Part shown: one piece after another, positions 51,552 through 62,829 of the stretch
How positions within the stretch are numbered: position 1 is the stretch's first letter
How the letters are laid out: every line of letters begins with the position of its first letter
NCBI RefSeq assembly: GCF_021028975.2
Contig: NC_059439.1
Span: 32,860,001 to 32,924,000, forward strand
Length of the DNA: 64,000 nucleotides
DNA from: Sphaerodactylus townsendi
Lineage: Eukaryota
Direction: 5' to 3'
Notes under the pieces: generated by a model
Seen by the model: the letters and a program-made list of their open reading frames with translations, nothing else
The model's database searches: none
Told to the model about the DNA's origin: nothing
Made by a program: the position numbers and the translations under genes

Positions 51552-52675
51552 GAATGAGCTGCTATCACTGCGCAAAGGGTGAGCCTAATAGAGCTTTTCA
51601 AAGGTGTTGGTTATTAAAGGCCTGGTTCACTCATGTAAGTGCATCTCTTTGGATTTCTCTTCCCTTCGTGACTGTCTCTACCCCTCTGACTGGGAGGAGA
51701 TCATGAGAACTGACTGCACTCCCTTGAAAAGAATTGAGCAGGAGGTGATATCGGAGTTTGAGGCCGGGGTGTCTCATCTACAAACTCACCGTTAAAACTG
51801 ATGATTCGATGCTGCTTCTGTTTTTCTGCTTTATATCCCACAGTACATGTGGAGACTTGAATTCGAGTCCACTAGCAACTCAGAGACCCATAAATTTTCC
51901 CACCATGTGAGATTTCATAAGTCAAAGCTCATTTTGTTCGATATCTGGAGAGTTTTTCTGGTTTTTAAAAAGCGGCTGAACTTGAATCAGGACCCACTTC
52001 TACAGACCAACACAGCTACCCTGAAATCTGATCTATTTGATTCACAGGTTTTTACATTTGAATGATTTCATTCTTACCACTCAGTCCACTGAAGCTAGAA
52101 TTCGCACAACCAAGAGCAATAGAGGCTTCCGACACTGCAGGTCATATTTAGCCCAGGAGGTATCCAACTTGCAGTTGGCAAGCCCACTGGGAGTGCCCAT
52201 GGATCCAAACAAGACTTTGCCTTAACTATATAAGTAGCCGCAAGCCTCCTGATGTTGTTTTCTGTGGCCCTCTGGTGGAGTGAGCGGGAAACTGCACCCG
52301 GGGCGTGCATTTGCCCTGCTCCTTGCCACACACCCCTCCTGCCACGCCCATGCCACGCCCAAGCACGAGCCCGGAGCATCGCGCCCCACCTGGCCCCTTG
52401 GGCCCCATGCCACTGGTTACAACCCTACAGATGAGCCAGTAAGTCTTCCCACCCTTCCTCATTCATCCCCCAGCAATGCGGAGGGAACATTGTGTCAGGA
52501 TGGAGAGCAATTGCTTCTGCCTCGCTTTATTTTGCTTTACCGCTTACCCAATAAATCCTTGCAGCAAAAAGAAAAAAGGAGTGTTTGTGTTTTCTTGTGT
52601 GTGTGTCACTTAACTTCTAATCCACCGAGATGCGCTGGGCTTACCGCTCCTTCCGAGAAGGGTCATAGCCAGCCT

Positions 52676-53280
52676 CAAAAAGAATATTAAAGAGAAAAAG
52701 TGCAGAGAAGGGCAACGAGGATGATTGGAGCACCTTCCTTACGAGGAGAGGCTGCAGCGTTTGGGACTCTTTAGTTTGGAGAGGAGATGGCTGAGGGGGG
52801 ATATGATTGAAGTCTATAAAATTATGCATGGGGTAGAAAATGTTGACAGAGAGAAATTTTTCTCTCTTTCTCACAATACCAGAACCAGGGGGCATCCATT
52901 GAAAATGCTGGGGGGAAGAATTAGGACTAATAAAAGGAAACACTTCTTCACGCAACGTGTGATTGGTGTTTGGAATATGCTGCCACAGGAGGTGGTGATG
53001 GCCACTAACCTGGATAGCTTTAAAAGGGGCTTGGACAGATTTATGGAGGAGAAGTCGATCTATGGCTACCAATCTTGATCCTCTTTGATCTGAGATTGCA
53101 AAGGCCTTAGCAGACCAGGTGCTCGGGAGCAGCAACAGCCGCAGAAGGCCATTGCTTTCACATCCTGCCTGTGAGCTCCCAAAGGAACCTGGTGGGCCAC
53201 TGCGAGTAGCAGAGAGCTGGACTAGATGGACTCTGGTCTGATCCAGCTGGCTTGTTCTTATGTTCTTATGTTCTATGTTC
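52676..53280 (+). mobile_element. CR1 LINE 3' fragment
   Basis: 117-aa CR1 C-terminal ORF and ttcttatg tail. Confidence 0.9.
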
Positions 53281-54149
53281 TCCCTTGCTTGGTGGGGCTT
53301 CCAGATCTTCAGCAGAAAGGGACAGAGAGTGGTCTTAGAGGGGGGTTGATGTCCAGGGCTTCTCTGAAGAAGAGGGGGGATGTGTGGAGAAGGACAGAGC
53401 TCTGGTCTTCAGGCTGACGGGCTCAGGTCTATGTCTTTTGCACACTCAGAATGATGGGAATTGCAAAATGCCAACCGTGGGTTCGTAGACCTAATTGTGT
53501 CACTGCAGGAGGGACAGGCATTTTGAGTCTCACAAAGCAATCTCTCAGTGAATTCTCCACTCTGACGGGGGAAAGGGACAGGAAACCAGCCGCTGCCCCA
53601 GGCCTGTCAGCTAAGGGGTGGGACCATCTCACAATTGCTGAGTAAGACACCAAATCTGTATGTGAGAGAATCTGTATGGTAGAGAAGGCGGAGAACCCCC
53701 TCACGTGTAAAGGCACTAGCACCCACAACCATGAGAATAAGCCCCCAACGAGCTCATTCCCAAATATTGTGAGCCAGGAAGTCTTCAAAGAGCTCTTTGG
53801 CGGGCATCCACCTCAGTTGACTGGTGTAGGAAAGTCCAGCACTCTTAAGGAGAACACAACAGCTGCTTAAGTTGGAGATGCTGGCCTTTGAACCCCTGCC
53901 CAAGATCTCACTCCTGGTTTCTCTCAGGTGTTCCACCTCCACATTTATTTCCCCAGGCGTTCGGCCCATGCGTCCACATTTCTCTTGACACCTGGCAAGG
54001 ACCAACAGGAGTCCAGAGCTCTTGGCTTCTCCCCCACCCCACTCCAATTCCTCTGTCATCTATCCTGGCTTTGAAAAGTTCAAGGAAGTTCAGGATTCAA
54101 AGAAATAAATTAATCCATTTCCATGGAAACACCCCAAAAATCACTTTTT

Positions 54150-54324
54150 GTTTCGCATCTTGTATAAAGAAACCATCTGATTCTTCCTCTTTTTTTTGAT
54201 CCTGCCCCTGCACCAAATGAGATCTATATAATACTTCAGAGTCCAGGCTGAGGGAGAGACTTGGACGGGCAAGATCCATCCCTCAGCGTCTCCAGGGCTC
54301 AGGCAGGACGAAACTTGGGTAAGT
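54150..54324 (+). promoter_or_regulatory. Promoter and non-coding exon 1 of R8
   Basis: tatataa at 54225, GTAAGT at 54319. Confidence 0.75.
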
Positions 54325-54773
54325 CAGAGAAGGCCGTGACCTGGCTTTCATCTCTTCTCCCACACGAATCCGTGCCAGTCAGTAACTTTGCAGAATGGTT
54401 CTGTAGACATGCAGGAGGCAAACTCTTGTAGCCAGTGGTGGGATTCAAATAATTTAACAACTGGTTCCGGTGGTGGGATTCACATAATTTAACAACTGAT
54501 CGTATACAAGCACCATTTTAACAACCGGTTCTGCCGAAGTGGCGCCAATTTGCTGAATCCCCTGCTTGTAGCCGGACCAGGCAACAAATGCCAACATCTT
54601 CATAGTTCCCAATATGTCATCGAAAGTTAGATTCTTGCTAATCAAAAAGCGTCTTGGAGGAACTTGGAATGTATCGTCTTTCTTCATGGAGCCTGAGGGC
54701 TGTTTGCCATTGTGGCTTATACCGGTTGATAGAGATCTCTGCGACCACCCCCATAGTGGTGTAGGGTGTAGGG

Positions 54774-55312
54774 CAGTGATGACGAACCTTTTCGAGGCCG
54801 AGTGCCCAAATTGCAACCCAAAACACACTTATTTATCACAAAGTGCCAACATGGCAATTTAACCTGAATACTGAGGTTTTAGTTTAGAAAAAAACGGTTG
54901 GCTCTGAGACGTGCGTTACTGAGGAGTAAGCTTGGCGGTAGTCGGTGGCTTTGCTTTGAAGCAACCGTGCAACTCTTCAAACAGGTGACTCACGACCCTA
55001 GGAGGGTATACACAGAAGCAAGCCCCATTGCCAGCAACCGAGCTTACTCCCAGGTAAAGGATCGCGCTTAAGTTCTTCGCATGAAAATCAGTGGGGTTTA
55101 ACAGCACTTAACAGGGTTACCTACACTGCTTCCCCAAAACTAGGTCTTAGGTTTAATGCTAATAATCGAGCCCAGCGGCCTAAGCCAGCCTAGATGTGTG
55201 TGCGTGGGGGGGGGCAATTTCCCCCCCACATGATGAACTCTGTTTGCGTGTGCCCACAGAGAGGGCTCTGAGTGCCACCTCTGGCACCCGTGCCATAGGT
55301 TCGCCACCACTG
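54774..55312 (-). mobile_element. hAT MITE family B
   Basis: TSD gtgtaggg. Confidence 0.85.
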
Positions 55313-55810
55313 GTGTAGGGTGAAACCCCCAATGCTCTGGTGCCCACGAGTGTACTTTTGACTCTCATATAAATGGTGGATTCCCCTTCACAACAATAAA
55401 TCAAGCCACTCTGTCCATTACCAGGTTGAGGTAATGAAACCACAGTGCTGGATTCTGAAAACCAGATGTTTGGCAGGACAATATAGCTCAGAGACTGTGA
55501 CATACAACGGTCTTCAGTGTATGGCCATATTTGTGATGTACAACGGTCTTCACTGTCCAAAGTTGGTCACATTTGAGAGTCAACAAGTTTTCTTTTGATG
55601 CCTAGTGTCAGATATCCCATTTTTCCTATCTGACTTGTGTTGAATTTGATCTTTAGTATTTGCTTACAGAGATCCTGAGACAGCTGAAGTTAGGTTGTGT
55701 CTCCCCTGAGATGGTAAAGTTGGGCCCGGACTGTACCATTTCACATGGCAGGTGGGGGCTTACATGTTCAAATGGTTGTAAACAGAAAACTGGACGGGAA
55801 GGGGAAAGCT

Positions 55811-56105
55811 TGCAGGATTTGTAATTGGTTGACTGGCCGAACACAAAGAGTGCTCATCGATGGCTCATTTTCATCCTGGAGAGAAGTGAGTAGTGGGGTG
55901 CCACAGGGCTCTGTCCTGGGCCCAGTGCTATTCAATATTTTTATCAATGACTTAAATAATTAAATAGAGGGCACACTGATCAAATTTGCAGATGATATCA
56001 AATTAGGAGGGGTAGCTAATACCACAGAGGACAGGGGGAGGATTCAAAATGCTCTGGGCAGAATAGAGAGCTTGGCCAAAACAATTTCAACAGAGATAAA
56101 TGTAA
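55811..56105 (+). mobile_element. Older CR1 RT fragment in the R8 intron
   Basis: [21 protein letters not shown] and KFADD motifs. Confidence 0.85.
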
Positions 56106-56717
56106 GGGAGAGTTTGAAATCCAGTTCATCGACTGTCGTAAGATCAAGAATCCAGTTCCAGTTCTTTTTGTTAGGGGAAAAAGAGATCCAGAAAACCACA
56201 ACAGAAAAGAAAGGAAAAGAAAGACTCAGAAACTACAACCCAGAAATATTTGTAGTGAAAAAGTATTTTTTATAATCTAAATATTCCTGTTTCCACAAGT
56301 TCTGTTTCAAAGGTGTTCTGTACATTACAGAGAAAGGTGTGTGTGTATTGCAACGCTGGACTGTACCACTTTATGTTGCAGGTGGGGGTATCTATGGAAA
56401 AAAATGGAAAAGGCTATAGAGCATGCCATCAAGTAGCACAGCTGTGGGAAGGATATAGCCTAGCCCTGAATCATCCTGCCCAAGGGTGTTTTTTCCTATT
56501 TGAGGAGAATATTTTTAAAAATCATATATGCACACCTCACCTTCATTCTAAAGTGGTACAGTCTGGCATGCCGGTATCTTCTCCCTCAGGACTGAAAGGA
56601 CTGTCCCTGACAGATAATAAATGCAAAAAAATAAATCAACAAATAATGTCGCCGTGAGGAGAAAGCGACAGTTTTCACATTTCCTTCTTCTTTTGTAGTC
56701 TCCCAGACCCCACCAGG

Positions 56718-57158
56718 ATGTCTCTGAAAATCTCTTCCTGGCTGCTGCTTTGTTATTTTGCTGTCCTTCTGGTGGCTTTTCTGGGACAGCGCAGTGATGG
56801 GGCCACCTACGAGGATTTTGCACGGCAGCACATCGATTATCCCGAAACCGCAGCCGGCGACCCCAACGCCTACTGCAATCTCATGATGAGGCGGAGACAA
56901 ATGACCACACACAGCTGCAAAGCCCTCAACACCTTCATCCATGGCGATCCCGACAGCATTCAGAATATCTGCCCTTCGAAAAGAACTTTGTGCTCTTCGA
57001 ATTTTTACAACAGCATCTTGTCTTTCCGTCTCACTCTCTGCAGCAATAGAGGTCGGTTTCCCAATTGCGATTATACTGGCACTCGAAAGACCAGCAGAGT
57101 TCGAGTGGCCTGTGTGAACGGGTGGCCTGTTCATTTCGCAACCGACCTCGACCTGTAG
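56718..57158 (+). CDS. RNase A superfamily protein R8, 146 aa
   Basis: Signal peptide; FARQH, CKALNTF, PVHFA; 7 Cys. Confidence 0.95.
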   Translation: MSLKISSWLLLCYFAVLLVAFLGQRSDGATYEDFARQHIDYPETAAGDPNAYCNLMMRRRQMTTHSCKALNTFIHGDPDSIQNICPSKRTLCSSNFYNSILSFRLTLCSNRGRFPNCDYTGTRKTSRVRVACVNGWPVHFATDLDL

Positions 57159-57465
57159 GCCACACCGCCAGGAAGCTAGAAACCGAATGAAATATTACAG
57201 CGGCGGTGACCTAGCTCTGCTTTGCTAAATGCTTTCTCAGCTTTGGATCCCTGGGCCATATCTCGAGTGCATCTGAAACTCTTTTAGCGGGTCTTTCTTC
57301 TCCCCCGAGAATCCCAGGACGTTATTGTATGGGCTTGGTAACAGCACCCGTGATGGGATTTGGCAAGTGCCAGTAACACAATCCAGTAATGAAGGAGTTA
57401 ATTGTTGCATGCTAATACCTATTGGTTGGGTGGGCTACATGCAGGTCTGCACGTAGGCTTTAGAT

Positions 57466-57978
57466 CAGAGGTGGGATCCAGCAGGTTCTCACCGGTTCCC
57501 GAGACTGGGTTACTAATTATTTGTGTGTGCCGAGAGGGGGTTACTAATTGGGTCCGCTTTTCCATCTCCACGCCCTCGCCTCCCCGAGAGGCATCCTGCC
57601 TTTGAACGTGAAGGTTCCATATAGCAATTGCGACTAATAATGTAACTCCCTGAACTGGGTTAATCCCTTTCAGGTACCGCAATTCATTGATTCTCAGCCT
57701 TTCGTACCTTTTATCTCACCAGTCTCTATCAAAGAACCTGTGTGTTTCACCATTGCTGTGTTCAGATTTGTGAGTTGGGGCATTTTCTATAATGTGATGA
57801 TGATTTAGAAATGGTGCAAAAAAATTTTGGGGGGTCATGGTGGGGTGGCTGCCCATGGGGGGGCATCCAACTCAGGTTTTGCCCAGGGCTCAGGTTTGCC
57901 TAGGTACGCCTCTGCCCCCTTTGCTGAGGGGGGGCTGGCGAGGGAACCTGTTACTAAAAATTTTGGATCCCACCACTG
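57466..57978 (-). mobile_element. hAT MITE family A, long variant
   Basis: 8-bp TSD ctttagat. Confidence 0.85.
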
Positions 57979-58231
57979 CTTTAGATATATCTTCTTTGTG
58001 TTGCACTCTGCACGTGTTCAGTTCAGTTCACTCTATCCATAGCTTAGTAGCCATGTAATAGTCTAAGCAGCAAGCTGGCTGTTGGTGCTAGCTAGTAAGA
58101 AAGATGTTTATTGTTTTTCTTCCAAGTTTCCCTTCCCTGTAGTAAGTAAACTTTATTTCAGTAAAGCAACTGGTCTCTGCCTCATTATTGCATTAACTCT
58201 GCTAATTAAGTATTTGTCCACCCAACAACCC

Positions 58232-58748
58232 GCAACCATGAGAATAAGCCCCCAACCTGAGTTCAACCCCAAAAGCTATTGTGAGTCAGGAAACCTTCAA
58301 GGAGCTCTTTTCAGAGTAAGATGGTGGGCACCCACCTCAGTGGACTGCTATACGAAAGCTAGATGAACACAATAGCTGCTGAAGTTAGAGAGGCCTGCCT
58401 TTGAACCCCTGCCCAAGATCTCGCTCCTCAGGTGTTCCACCTCCACATTCATTTCCCCAGGCATTCGACACATGCGTCCACATTTCTCTTGACACCTGGC
58501 GAGAACCAACACCTGAGACAGGAATCCAGAGCTCTCGGCTTCTCCCACCACCCCACTCTGGTCCCTCTGTCCTCTATACTGGCTTTCAAAAGTTCAAGGA
58601 AGTTCAGGGTTCAAAGAAAGAAAGGAATACATTTCTGTGGAAACACGCAAACAAGCACTGTTTGTTTCGCATCCTGTATGTAGAAACCAGCTGACTCTTC
58701 CTTATTTTTTCTATTCTTTCCCTGCCCCAACTGAGATCTACATAATAA
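58232..58748 (+). pseudogene. Orphan truncated RNase upstream/promoter module
   Basis: Colinear with 47140-47650; TATA altered to ctacataa; homology stops before exon 1; no CDS follows. Confidence 0.7.
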
Positions 58749-59320
58749 TTTTGCTGAGACAAGCTTTTGAACTGTTGATGACATGCTGTGCAATGAATTA
58801 GGTCCTTAAATATATATTTATATCATCAGTTGCTTGTTTCACCACAGACTTTCCTCCAGCAGTGGTGTAGCAGCAGTGGTGTAGGAGGTGAAGAGCTCGT
58901 GTATCTAATCTGGAGGAACCGGGTTTGATTCCCAGCTCTGCCGCCTGAGCTGTGGAGGCTTATCTAGGGAATTCAGATTAGCCTGTACACTCCCACACAC
59001 GCCAGCTGGGTGACCTTGGGCTAGTCACAGCTTCTGGGAGTTCTCTCAGCCCCACCTACCTCACAGGGTGTTTGTTGTGAGGGGGGAAGGGCAAGGAGAT
59101 TGTAAGCCCCTTTGAGTCTCCTGCAGGAGAGAAAGGGGGGNNNNNNNNNNNNNNNNNNNNNNNNNNNNNNNNNNNNNNNNNNNNNNNNNNNNNNNNNNNN
59201 NNNNNNNNNNNNNNNNNNNNNNNNNNNNNNNNNNNNNNNNNNNNNNNNNNNNNNNNNNNNNNNNNNNNNNNNNNNNNNNNNNNNNNNNNNNNNNNNNNNN
59301 NNNNNNNNNNNNNNNNNNNN

Positions 59321-59882
59321 TGGGATCCATAAATTGTAGTAATAGGTTCCCATGGTGGTGGGATTCAAACAGTGGCATAGCGCCAATGGGGCTGGGCGGG
59401 GCATTCCAGGGGCGGGGCATTAATAATTTCTCTGTTACTGTAAAAAAACTCTCACTGTTAAAAAAAGTTCCTAATTTCCAGCTGGTATCTTTCTGTCCAT
59501 AATTTAAACCCATTATAGCAAGTCCTATCGTCTCCTGCCAACAGAAACAACTACTTCTCCTCTAATTGACTGTCTGTCAAATACTTAATACTTTCAAATA
59601 CCTAATTTTGTTTCTAGAAATCAAAAGAAGGAGACTTTCCTTAAACAAGGAACTTTGCCATATTTCTAAAACATGTCTTTAAAACAGCCCAACAGGGAGA
59701 ATTATCCCGTTTTCTACCTTCGCTAACCAGCCACATAGGAAACAACAGGACTTTATGATTTTTGGACCTAATGGAATTTCTAACAGAAAAGCAGACCCAA
59801 TTAGTAACCCCCTCTCGGCACACACAAATAATTAGTAACCCACTCTCGGGAACTGGTGAGAACCTGCTGGATCCCACCTCTG
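59321..59882 (+). mobile_element. hAT MITE family A variant, 5' end in gap
   Basis: Colinear with 20481-21068. Confidence 0.75.
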
Positions 59883-59969
59883 ATTTGGACCCTGCAGCTG
59901 AGAACTCAAGAGCATTCGGGTGCAGATCAGTTGCAACTGAAAGACCAATAAATTTTCCCACCCTGTAAG

Positions 59970-61150
59970 TCAAAGTCAAAGCTCATGTTGTTCGATATCT
60001 GGGAAGATTTGCTGTTTTTTAAAAAAAGCTACTGAACTTGAACCAGGTCCTACTTGGACAGGCTAACGCAGGTTGAGAGTTAGGAAGTCTCCAAAGAGCT
60101 CTTTTCAGAGCAAGATGGCGGGCATCCAACTCTGTTGACTGCTATAGGAAAGCCCAGAGCTCTTCAGGTGAACACAACAGCTGCTTAAGTTAGAGCGACC
60201 TGGCTTTGTTTTAAATTTCTGGGCGTTATGATTAAAGAGGACTTGACCTGGGGCGTACAGACTGCCGTGGTGGTTAAGAAAGCCCAGCAAAGACTGTACT
60301 TTCTGAGACTTTTAAGGAAGCAACAACTAGATGGAAAACTTCTGGTGTCCTTTTACCGCTGTGCTATAGAGAGTGTCCTAACCTACTGCATCTGTGTATG
60401 GTTCTCCAGTTGCACAGTGGCGAATAGGAAGGCGCTCCAAAGGGTGATCACTACTGCACAAAGGATTATCGGCTGCCCTCTTCCCTCCTTGGAAGAAATC
60501 TATAATTCCCGAAGCCTAAATAAAGCCCAAAATATTCTGAGGGACCCGTCTCATCCAGCACACTCTCTTTTTGAACTGTTACCATCTGGCAGACGATACA
60601 GGGCCCTCAGAACTAGGACAAAGAGGCTTAGAGACAGCTTCTACTCTAGAGCTGTGGCTATGCTAAACTCCGCTGCTTCATATTGATGTATTTGGGGCTG
60701 TGTAGGGATGGGTGGAGGAAGGGGAAAGTGAGGATGATGTATGAGTCTGAAATTGTGTGCATCGAGGAATGCTGCTGTAAATTTCGTTGTGCGTGCACAA
60801 TGACAATAAAATGCTTATGCTTATGCTTTGAAGCCCTGTCCAAGATCTCGCTCCTTGCTTCCCTCAGACATTTCATCTCTACGTTCATTCCCACAGATAT
60901 TCTGCCCACCCTTCCACATTTCTCTTGAAATTTCCCTACATGACATCTGGCAAGAGACGGAACTCTCGGATTCTTCCCCACCGCCGTGCTCTGGCAATCC
61001 CCCTGTCCTCCATGTTGCTTCTTTAAGCGCGAGATGATATTCAGGGGCCAAAAGAAATAGTTCAGCAATTTTCTGTGGAAACACACACAAACAAGCAGCA
61101 TTTCTTTTGTGCTCTACACATGGCAACTGGCTGAATGTTCCTCCTTTTCT
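59970..61150 (+). pseudogene. Second orphan RNase upstream module, interrupted by a Rex1-like LINE
   Basis: 60090-60207 and 60827-61110 match the R5-R8 upstream module; ends in tggcaactggctgaatgttcctcctttt, like the R2-R4 proximal promoters, before any TATA. Confidence 0.6.
60208..60827 (+). mobile_element. Rex1/Babar LINE 3' fragment
   Basis: Open 152-aa frame with KKAQQRLYFLR..IESVLTY..DPSHP..LPSGRRYR motifs; AATAAA then (TGCTTA)n tail; gctttg at both flanks. Confidence 0.85.
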
Positions 61151-61297
61151 TTTTGAGGAAATGAAATATGCAAGCTGTTTTGCAAGCGAAAGGGTGACAT
61201 TGTTTGGTCATTTACGTGGTTTAACAGTTCAAGTTTGTTTTGTTCCCTTCCTCACATTTAGTGCGCAGTGTGTGAAAAGTAGCTTGTTTCAGTTGAC

Positions 61298-61910
61298 AAG
61301 GCAAATGCTGCTCCAGAAATTTGCTTGCGTGTCAACCCACACTAACCCCAATAATAAAGCTGATTCTTGCAAATACAGATATGGTGTGTTTTTGTGTGTA
61401 TGTGAAAAAGACCTAACTTCTAATCCAAGAGAAGAAGAAGGGTTTGGATTTATATCCTGCCCTTCTCTCCTGTGAGGAGACTCCAAGGGGCTTACAAACT
61501 CCTTTCCCTTCCTCTCCCCACAACAGACCCTTTGTGAGGCAGGTGGGGCTGAGAGAGTTCTGAGAGAACTGTGACTGGCCCAAGGTCACCCAGCAGGCTT
61601 CATGTGTAGGAGTGGGAAACAAGGCAAATGCTGCTCCAGAAATGCGCCTGCATGTCAACCCACGCTAACCCCAGTAATAAAGTTGATTCTTGCAAATATA
61701 GATATGGTGTGTTTTTGTGTGTATGTGAAAAAGACCTAATTTCTAATCAGAGAGAAGAAGGAGGGTTTGGATTTATATCCTGTCTTCCTCTCCTGTAAGG
61801 AGACTCAAGGTGGCTTACAAGCTCCTTTCCCTTCCTCTCCCCACAACAGACACATTGTGAGGCAGGTGGGGCTGAGAGAGTTCCAAGAGAACTGTGATTT
61901 GTCCAAGGTC
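61298..61910 (+). repeat. Tandem duplication of about 323 bp containing an old SINE
   Basis: aaggcaaatgctgctccagaaat at 61298 and 61621 with colinear downstream sequence. Confidence 0.8.
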
Positions 61911-62829
61911 CACAGGATGAGCCAAAGATAGTATCTAGCTTACGGAAAGGAAAAAAAGAATCTGTTTGACTCTAGTGTGAAGTTAAAAACTATTGTTAAT
62001 GACAATAACTAAAGCATTCATACAACAGACCCACAACTCGTGTGAAGTTAAAAACTATTGTTAATGGCAATAACTAAAGCATTCATACAACAGACCCACA
62101 ATCAACAATAAAGTATACCTATTATAGATAACACCAACAAAGCAATGAATAATACAAATACAGTGGATCCAAAAGACAATACTAAGATATCAAGTCTCTG
62201 CAATAAAGGTGCAGCTTTTGAAGAGATCCGCTAGTGGTATAGAGGCGAAGGATACCAAGTGTCTGATGCCAGTAAGTATTCAACTTCAGCAGATGAGCTT
62301 CATGTGCTCATAGGTCCAAAGTCCCCCAGCAGGCTTCATGTGGCGGAGCGGGGAAACAAATCCAGTTCACCAGATCAGAGTCTGGTGCTTTTGTGGAGGA
62401 GTGGGGAATCAAACTCGCTGGGCTGCACAACGAAGCAACAGGCCACCAACTAGCTCTGAGGCTGGAAACAGACTAGAGAACAGGATAAGATGAGCACATC
62501 CAGTGACCGATAAGTGGTTTGTAGCCTAAAAGATCAGGGCTGTCTTAACTTGCTGGGCATAACCCTCGAGCACAGGGGCCCCATCATGTTAATCTACGTA
62601 GCAAGCAAAACAAAGCAAGACAGTTGCTGCCCTCCCATCCTGTTTGGGAAGCTGCCAAAGGCAACAGGCTGCCCACTTCAAGATATGAGAGACTGAATCT
62701 TTAATCTGTATTATCCAGTTGTCAGATTGCTTGTAGTAGTTGGACATCTGCCATGATGGTATAAAAGGGCCATCTTATGAAGCAGACTGGCCCCTTCCGC
62801 ACATGCAGAATAATGCACTTTCAATATAA

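Noticed and set aside
23327-57134. Long antisense ORFs over RNase genes (23327-23875, 36919-37410, 43794-44294, 56586-57134)
   Set aside because: Shadow frames of GC-rich paralogous CDS; inconsistent starts and ends, no recognisable domain
37405-57158. C-terminal QTDL/DLDL of R5, R6 and R8 as ER-retention signals
   Set aside because: Poor match to the KDEL-type consensus; DLDL looks like a small duplication
4946-59320. ORFs spanning N runs and the poly-Ser/Met/Asp ORFs at 24.3 kb
   Set aside because: Artifacts of assembly gaps, many abutting SINE ends, and of a (CAT)n microsatellite
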